Assembly (NCBI GenBank): GCA_036270795.1
Contig: DATBBW010000053.1
Coordinates: 1-55,144 of the forward strand
Direction: 5' to 3'
DNA length: 55,144 nucleotides
DNA from: Gemmatimonadales bacterium
Lineage (GTDB): Bacteria > Gemmatimonadota > Gemmatimonadetes > Gemmatimonadales > GWC2-71-9
Positions 50,293-55,144 of this stretch are shown here, in pieces. The notes beneath the pieces were generated by a model. It had not been told where the DNA came from. It worked only from the letters and a program-made list of their open reading frames with translations, and made no database searches. The translations under genes were made by a program, and so were the position numbers. Numbering within the stretch: position 1 is the stretch's first letter; every line of letters starts with the position of its first letter.

Positions 50293-51807
50293 CTATCGGG
50301 TCTTGGCGATCTCCACCACGACGGAATCGATCTGCGCCAGCATCGCCGCGTACGGCACGGCGTGACTGTTCGCCGCGATGCTGAAGGTGAGCGCGCCGCC
50401 GTCCCCCCGCTCCACGTAACCCGCGAGGCTGTTCACCCGGTCGATGCTGCCCGTCTTGGCGACTACGCGGCCCGCGAGCGCGGTACCGGTGAAGCGCTTG
50501 AGGAGCGAGCCGGGCTGGCCGGCATGGGGCAGCGCGGCGAGAAACGGCGCGCGCCTGGGGTGACGGCGCATGTAGGCGAGCAGCGTGGCAAAGGTGTGCG
50601 GCGTGACGAGGTTGCCGGCGGCGAGCCCCGAGCCGTCCTCCAGCGCGAACGCCGTCGAGTCGATCCGCACCGAATCGATGAGGAAGCGGCGCTCCACCTC
50701 GAGTCCGGCGTTCCACGACCCCTCCCCCTTGATCTCGCGGCCCAGCACCTTCAGGAGCATCTCGGCGAACCAGTTCTGGCTCGTGTTGAGAATCGGGAAC
50801 AGGATGTCGGGGAGTGGGCGGCCCCGGTACTCGACGAGCGGCGCCGCCCCGCGCGCGCCGCCGTAGGCGAGCGAGTCGGTGGTGGCGGCGGCGCCGCCTT
50901 CGACCGCGATGCCCTTGCGCTCGAGCGACCAGGCCAGGGCGCGCGCCGCGTACAGGTTGGGGTCCGGGAGCGCGAAGCTTTCCGTCGCCGCCGCACGGCC
51001 TAGGGCGACCGTCCCCTCGGCCCAGATGTCCCACGTCCCGGGCCGCCGGAAGAAGTTGTCGCCAATGGTCGAGCCCGAGTCGGCCGGCCCGGTGCGGGCC
51101 CGGTTCTCGAACGTGAAGAGCCCGACGTCGGGGGACCAGGTGATGACGGGCGGTTGGTCGACGGCCGCCCCAGGCGTGATCCTGAAATCGACGCTGTTGT
51201 CGTGGAAGCCGAGGCCTGAGACCGGGGCCGCGTACCACCAGTTCAGATCCCAGGCGGCCCACGCCGAATGGATCATGGTCGGCTCGAACGCCGAGCCGTC
51301 GCCCACGAGCTTCCCGGTGATACGCCGGATGCCGTGGGCGCGCACCGAATCGGCGATGGCGTCGATGGCAGTGAACGTCGAATCGCAGGCGCCGGCGGCG
51401 AGGGTGTCCACCCCATAACACCGCGCGGACCACGTCGGGTCGCCGCGGCCGTACAACACGAGATCGCCGTGGAGCACGCCGCCCGCCACCTGGCCGTTCA
51501 CGTACACGCTGGTCCGCACCCGATACTCCGGCGGCAAGAGGACCGCCGCCGCCGCCGTTACGATCAGCTTCGTGTTGCTCGCGGGCACGCGGAGCCGGTC
51601 GGCGTCCCGCTGATATAGCACCTTGCCACGCTCGTCCACCACGTAGATGCCCCAGGTGGCCCGGTCGAACGGGGGCACGTCGACGAGTTGCGCCAGCCGC
51701 CGCTCGAGCGAGCCCCGGAGCGGCGTGGTGCGGGGCGGGCGCCCCGGCGGCGCCTGCGCCGGAAGCGCGGTGCTAATCGTAAGCGATGCGAGGATCAGCT
51801 TTCGCAT
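50293..51807 (-). CDS. dacB: D-alanyl-D-alanine carboxypeptidase/endopeptidase, PBP4 family (peptidase S13)
   Basis: 504 aa with signal peptide MRKLILASLTISTALPAQA, the active-site PASNTKL (SxxK), and ..KTGS.. near the C-terminus. The start overlaps the permease 3' end by 35 nt. Confidence 0.85.
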   Translation of the reverse strand: MRKLILASLTISTALPAQAPPGRPPRTTPLRGSLERRLAQLVDVPPFDRATWGIYVVDERGKVLYQRDADRLRVPASNTKLIVTAAAAVLLPPEYRVRTSVYVNGQVAGGVLHGDLVLYGRGDPTWSARCYGVDTLAAGACDSTFTAIDAIADSVRAHGIRRITGKLVGDGSAFEPTMIHSAWAAWDLNWWYAAPVSGLGFHDNSVDFRITPGAAVDQPPVITWSPDVGLFTFENRARTGPADSGSTIGDNFFRRPGTWDIWAEGTVALGRAAATESFALPDPNLYAARALAWSLERKGIAVEGGAAATTDSLAYGGARGAAPLVEYRGRPLPDILFPILNTSQNWFAEMLLKVLGREIKGEGSWNAGLEVERRFLIDSVRIDSTAFALEDGSGLAAGNLVTPHTFATLLAYMRRHPRRAPFLAALPHAGQPGSLLKRFTGTALAGRVVAKTGSIDRVNSLAGYVERGDGGALTFSIAANSHAVPYAAMLAQIDSVVVEIAKTR

Positions 51808-52693
51808 AGGCGAGGTCCGTCACAAGGTTCACCAGCACGAAGACGACCGACAGGAACAGGATACCGCCCTGGATCGCGGGGAGATCCCGCTTCTCGATGG
51901 CGCTCAACACGTAGCGCCCGAGCCCCGGCCATCCGAAGATCGTTTCGGTGAGCACGCTCCCGGTGAGGTAACTGCCGGTGTCGAGGCCGAGCACGGTGAT
52001 CACCGGGATGAGGGCGTTGCGCAGGCCGTGCCGCAGCACCACCCGAGCCGGCCCCAGCCCCTTGGCGCGCGCCGTGCGAATGAAGTCGCTCGAGAGCACG
52101 TCGAGCATCGCCGCGCGTGTCATCCGTGCGAGCACCGCCATCGACCGTGTGCCGAGCGTCAGCGCGGGCAGCACCAGGGCCGCCAGTCCGCCCGCCCCCG
52201 ACGCCGGCAGCCACCGGAGCACCACCGCGAATCCCAGGATCAAGAGCAGCCCCACCCAGTACACGGGAAACGACACACCGAGATAGGCGAGCGCGAGGGC
52301 CAGCCGATCGACCGCCCCGCCGGGACGGACGGCCGCCACGAGGCCCAGCGTAATGCCGCACAGCGCCGCGACGCCCATCGCAGCGAGGGCCAGCTCGGCC
52401 GTTTTGGGAAAGCGCTGCCACAGCTCCTGCGCTATGGGCTGCTGGGTGATGTAGGAGCGGCCGAGGTCGCCCCGCACGACGCTCCAGAGGTAGTGCCCGA
52501 ACTGGGCGGGAAGGGGGTCGTCGAGGTGCAGCTCGGCGCGCAACCGGGCGATCGTGGCAGCGTCGGCGCGCTCGCCCACCATCGCCGCCACGGGGTCGCC
52601 CCCCGCGACGTTGAGCAAGAGGAAGACGACGACGAGCACGCCCGCGAGGGTCGGGACCGTCCCCAATACCCGCCGCCCGATGAGGCGGATCAC
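51773..52693 (-). CDS. ABC transporter permease, DppB/OppB-like (peptide/nickel family)
   Basis: Trimmed to the GTG at 52693 (VIRLIGRRVLGTVPTLAGVLVVVFLLLN), a GTGA overlap with the binding-protein stop. Ends ..AYAKADPRIAYD, typical of the family. Confidence 0.85.
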   Translation of the reverse strand: MIRLIGRRVLGTVPTLAGVLVVVFLLLNVAGGDPVAAMVGERADAATIARLRAELHLDDPLPAQFGHYLWSVVRGDLGRSYITQQPIAQELWQRFPKTAELALAAMGVAALCGITLGLVAAVRPGGAVDRLALALAYLGVSFPVYWVGLLLILGFAVVLRWLPASGAGGLAALVLPALTLGTRSMAVLARMTRAAMLDVLSSDFIRTARAKGLGPARVVLRHGLRNALIPVITVLGLDTGSYLTGSVLTETIFGWPGLGRYVLSAIEKRDLPAIQGGILFLSVVFVLVNLVTDLAYAKADPRIAYD

Positions 52694-54246
52694 GGGGCGG
52701 CCACCCGCACCCGGGTCCAGCGCTGCCCGTTGAAGATGACCGGGAGGTCCCACCCCTCGAGGCCCGGCCGGCGCGCCCAGAGATCCTTCGGGAACCACAG
52801 GTACAACCACGGGGCGGCGCGGTACACGCGCTCGTCGATGCGGCGGTACAGCGCCGTGCGGGCGGCGGCGTCCGGCGTGCGGCGGGCGCGCAGGATGAGC
52901 GAGTCGGTGCCGGCGTCGGCATAGAACGCGTAGTTGCCGCCCGGGCCGAAGTTGCCCGAGTAAAACAGGGGATACAGGAAATCGTCGGCGTCCGGGTAGT
53001 CGGCCCACCAGTCGAGGATGACCATGTCGGCCTCGCCGTTGCGCGCCGCCGCCCGCTGGCTCGAGGCGTCGCGCTCCACCAGCTGCACCCGGACGCCCAC
53101 CGCCTCGAGCTGGGCTTGGATCGCTTGGGCCACTTGCGACAGCTCGACGTTCGCGGCCGCGCGCCACAACGCGAGGTCGATCCCGCTCGCATACCCCGCC
53201 TGGGCGAGCAGCCGGCGCGCGGCCGCGGGATCGTAGCGGTAGCCGGACCGCGCCGTATCGCTCCCCGCGAGCCCCGGCGGGACCGCGCCGCGGGCGAGGA
53301 TCCCGCGCCCGCCGTACACCGTCGCCAGCAGCTCGGGCACGTTCACCGCCAGGTTGATCGCGTGGCGCACCCGCACGTCGGCGAGCGGCCCCCGCCGGGT
53401 GTTGAGGGCGACGTACACCACCCGCAGCGCCGGCTTTTCGACCAGCCAGTCGGGATGGGTCCGCCGCCACCGCGCCGTCTCGCCGAACGGCACCTCGATG
53501 ACGGAGAGCCGTCCCGCTTCGAACTCCGCCGCGCGCGTCAGCGGCTCGGGGATGATCCGCACCACGAGCGTGTCGGCGCCGGGCGCGCCCCCCCAGTACG
53601 CGGGGTTCCGCGCGAACGCGAGGTAGTCGTCGTGCTGCCACCGGACGAAGCGCCAGGCACCAGTCCCCACCGGACGCTGCCCCAGGTCGGCCGGGGGCGG
53701 TGCCGGGACGATGCTCGCGACCGGCATGGCCAAGAACTTGGGAAAGATGGCGAACGGGCCGGTGAGCTCGACGGCGAGCGCGGTGTCGCCGAGCGCCCGC
53801 AGGCCCGCGACGTCGTCGGCGCGGCCTGCCGCGTAGGCCGGCGCGCCCGCGATGGGGTAGAGCGGCCAGGGGCGCCCGCCCTGGGTCGCCGGCGCCAGCA
53901 CGCGGCGCCAGCTCTCCCGTACCGCCCCCGCCGTGAGCGGCGTCCCGTCATGGAACTTGACGCCCGCTCGCAGGTGAAAGACGTAATACTGGCCCGTGCG
54001 GTCCGCCGACCAGCGATCCGCGAGCGCGGGCCCGACGTTCCCGTCGGCGTCGAACTGGGTGAGGCCGTCGCACACCAGCGTCACCATCTCGCCTGTCGGC
54101 ACGTCGGTCGAGAGCGCGGGGTCGAGCGAGCGCGGGTCGTAACTTTCGTAGTAGGTGAGTGCGGCATGCCCCGCGCCCGGGCGGCGCCCGCCGCACGCAG
54201 TAGTCGCCACGAGGGCGGCGAGGGCCAGCTCCGGGAGCGCGCGCAT
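52690..54246 (-). CDS. ABC transporter substrate-binding protein, family 5 (peptide/nickel type), lipoprotein
   Basis: 518 aa with signal/lipobox ..LVATTACGG and an SBP_bac_5-like body (..YYESYDPRSLDPA.., ..WADYPDADDFLYPLF..). Confidence 0.85.
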   Translation of the reverse strand: MRALPELALAALVATTACGGRRPGAGHAALTYYESYDPRSLDPALSTDVPTGEMVTLVCDGLTQFDADGNVGPALADRWSADRTGQYYVFHLRAGVKFHDGTPLTAGAVRESWRRVLAPATQGGRPWPLYPIAGAPAYAAGRADDVAGLRALGDTALAVELTGPFAIFPKFLAMPVASIVPAPPPADLGQRPVGTGAWRFVRWQHDDYLAFARNPAYWGGAPGADTLVVRIIPEPLTRAAEFEAGRLSVIEVPFGETARWRRTHPDWLVEKPALRVVYVALNTRRGPLADVRVRHAINLAVNVPELLATVYGGRGILARGAVPPGLAGSDTARSGYRYDPAAARRLLAQAGYASGIDLALWRAAANVELSQVAQAIQAQLEAVGVRVQLVERDASSQRAAARNGEADMVILDWWADYPDADDFLYPLFYSGNFGPGGNYAFYADAGTDSLILRARRTPDAAARTALYRRIDERVYRAAPWLYLWFPKDLWARRPGLEGWDLPVIFNGQRWTRVRVAAP

Positions 54247-54266
54247 GCGATCAGGTGTCGAAAAGG

Positions 54267-54295
54267 TTGACAGTGCGGCGGGAGTGAGCCAACAT
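54267..54295 (+). promoter_or_regulatory. Candidate promoter for the BamA-like gene (TTGACA-N17-CAACAT)
   Basis: Perfect -35 TTGACA at 54267-72 and a weak -10 CAACAT at 54290-95, in the 73-nt divergent intergenic region. Confidence 0.3.
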
Positions 54296-54319
54296 ACGGA
54301 CCCAGCCCGACCGCGTCAA

Positions 54320-55144
54320 TTGCGTGCGTTTGTGTCTGTCCTGCTCGTCGCGGCGTCCGCGGCGGCCCCGCTCGCCGCGCAGCAAGAGCAGCAGCGGGTG
54401 GTGCGCGCCCTTTCCTTTGAGGGCCATCACGCCCTCGACGACTACACACTGCGCGCCGCGATCGCCACGTCCAACTCGAGCTGGTTTGCGCGTGCTTTCC
54501 TCATCCGGTCTCTCGGGCTGGGGTCGAAGCGCTATTTCAACGAGCTTGAGTTCCGGCGCGACGTGATCCGGCTGCTCCTGCTCTACCGCCAAAGTGGCTA
54601 CATGAACGCGGTGGTGGATACGATTGTGCGGCGGGAGGACCGGGACGTCTTTATCAAGGTGCACATCTACGAGGGCGAGCCGGTCCGGCTGCGCCGCCTC
54701 GAGCTGCGCGGCCTGGACTCGGTGGGCGACGTGGCCGACCTGCGGCGCCGGCTCCCCCTTGAGATCGGCGGTCCGTTCAATCGGTTTCTGTTCCAGGCAG
54801 CGGGCGACACCGTCGTGAGCTGGCTGCGAAACCGCGGCTATCCCTTCGCCGACGTGTTGCGGAGCTTCGACGTGGACGGCGCCGCGCTCACGGCGCTGGC
54901 CACGCTCGAGGCGGCGCCGGGACCGCGGGTGCGCGTCGGCGCCGTGGTGATCATGGGCGCCAGCCCGGGGGACACCGCCACGATCCGCCGCACGCTCTCG
55001 GTGAGGCCACACGACTGGTTTGGCCTGGACCCGCTGTACCAGACGCAGCGGGACCTGTACGGCCTGGGGATGTTCAGCTCGGTGAACGTCGGGCTCGCGG
55101 ACACGGCGCCCGCGGATTCGACGGTGCGGGTCGTGGTGCGCGTG
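54320..55144 (+). CDS. bamA: BamA/Omp85-family outer membrane protein, N-terminal POTRA region; 3' end lies outside the window
   Basis: This ORF is absent from the supplied track because it has no stop in the window. My own translation from the TTG at 54320 gives the signal peptide (M)RAFVSVLLVAASAAAPLAAQ. POTRA-like repeats follow (VVRALSFEGHHALDDYTL..., FIKVHIYEGEPVRLRRLELRGLDSV..., VRVGAVVIMGA..TIRRTL). Start codon uncertain. Confidence 0.7.
   Translation, partial: MRAFVSVLLVAASAAAPLAAQQEQQRVVRALSFEGHHALDDYTLRAAIATSNSSWFARAFLIRSLGLGSKRYFNELEFRRDVIRLLLLYRQSGYMNAVVDTIVRREDRDVFIKVHIYEGEPVRLRRLELRGLDSVGDVADLRRRLPLEIGGPFNRFLFQAAGDTVVSWLRNRGYPFADVLRSFDVDGAALTALATLEAAPGPRVRVGAVVIMGASPGDTATIRRTLSVRPHDWFGLDPLYQTQRDLYGLGMFSSVNVGLADTAPADSTVRVVVRV

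Noticed and set aside
54251-55012. 253-aa minus-strand ORF at the right end of the window.
   Set aside because: The plus-strand frame from 54320 has no stop in the window and so is absent from the track. It translates to a signal peptide followed by POTRA-like repeats typical of BamA. The minus-strand product has no recognisable features.
1-55144. CRISPR arrays, tRNA/rRNA genes, IS elements, integrases, prophage or toxin-antitoxin/defence-island signatures.
   Set aside because: Intergenic regions are short and were read individually, and none contains spaced direct repeats or tRNA-like sequence. No ORF translation shows transposase, integrase, nuclease, Cas or typical TA motifs. A computational scan (tRNAscan-SE, CRISPR detection, ISfinder, DefenseFinder/PADLOC) is still needed to exclude them formally.

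Overview
This is a very GC-rich (by eye around 70%, not computed), gene-dense chromosomal segment. I call 47 protein-coding genes and found no rRNA, tRNA, CRISPR array, transposase or integrase. BamA-like, TolC-like and RND genes indicate a diderm bacterium; the phylum is not determinable from sequence alone (possibly Gemmatimonadota-like, a guess). Most long ORFs in the six-frame track are antisense or 5'-extended artefacts of the GC content. I trimmed starts to the point where recognisable family N-termini or signal peptides begin, and many of these starts sit in 4-nt ATGA/GTGA overlaps. Content, left to right:
- 5'-truncated ABC ATPase, Pro/Ala-rich HEAT-repeat protein, M42 peptidase, CapA, a signal-less BtuF-like binding protein, OPT transporter.
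- Membrane Ser/Thr kinase, aminotransferase, acyl-CoA dehydrogenase, DUF3052-like protein, NfeD-stomatin pair, DUF4097 repeat protein.
- TolC-MFP-RND efflux operon, Hsp15-like protein, NAD(P)-binding protein, DUF1761 protein.
- YitJ-type homocysteine methyltransferase/MTHFR fusion with a structured leader, CydB-C-terminal-like ORF, yggT-yggU plus a tiny membrane ORF, Kelch propeller.
- Kgd/OdhA-type E1o-E2o fusion, class-A-like beta-lactamase.
- VWA protein, MFS transporter, cytidylate-kinase-like protein, SPFH protein and BchI-like AAA+ ATPase.
- Tat-signal GH38-like hydrolase, small Met/His-rich lipoprotein.
- lonN-glcDEF-ygfZ operon, RpoD-like sigma factor preceded by an AT-rich intergenic region carrying a TCCACA/TGTGGA motif array.
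- aroB, PduO-type adenosyltransferase, ferredoxin-NADP reductase, PBP4, a peptide-type ABC binding protein plus one permease, and a 3'-truncated BamA-like gene.

The most interesting items are the motif array upstream of the sigma gene, the possible riboswitch/attenuator leader of the yitJ-like gene, and the AAA+/SPFH/kinase-like/VWA cluster. Next come the orphan Kgd-type fusion and the Met/His-repeat lipoprotein. No clear-cut novel defence or mobile system is visible; all functional proposals below are hypotheses.
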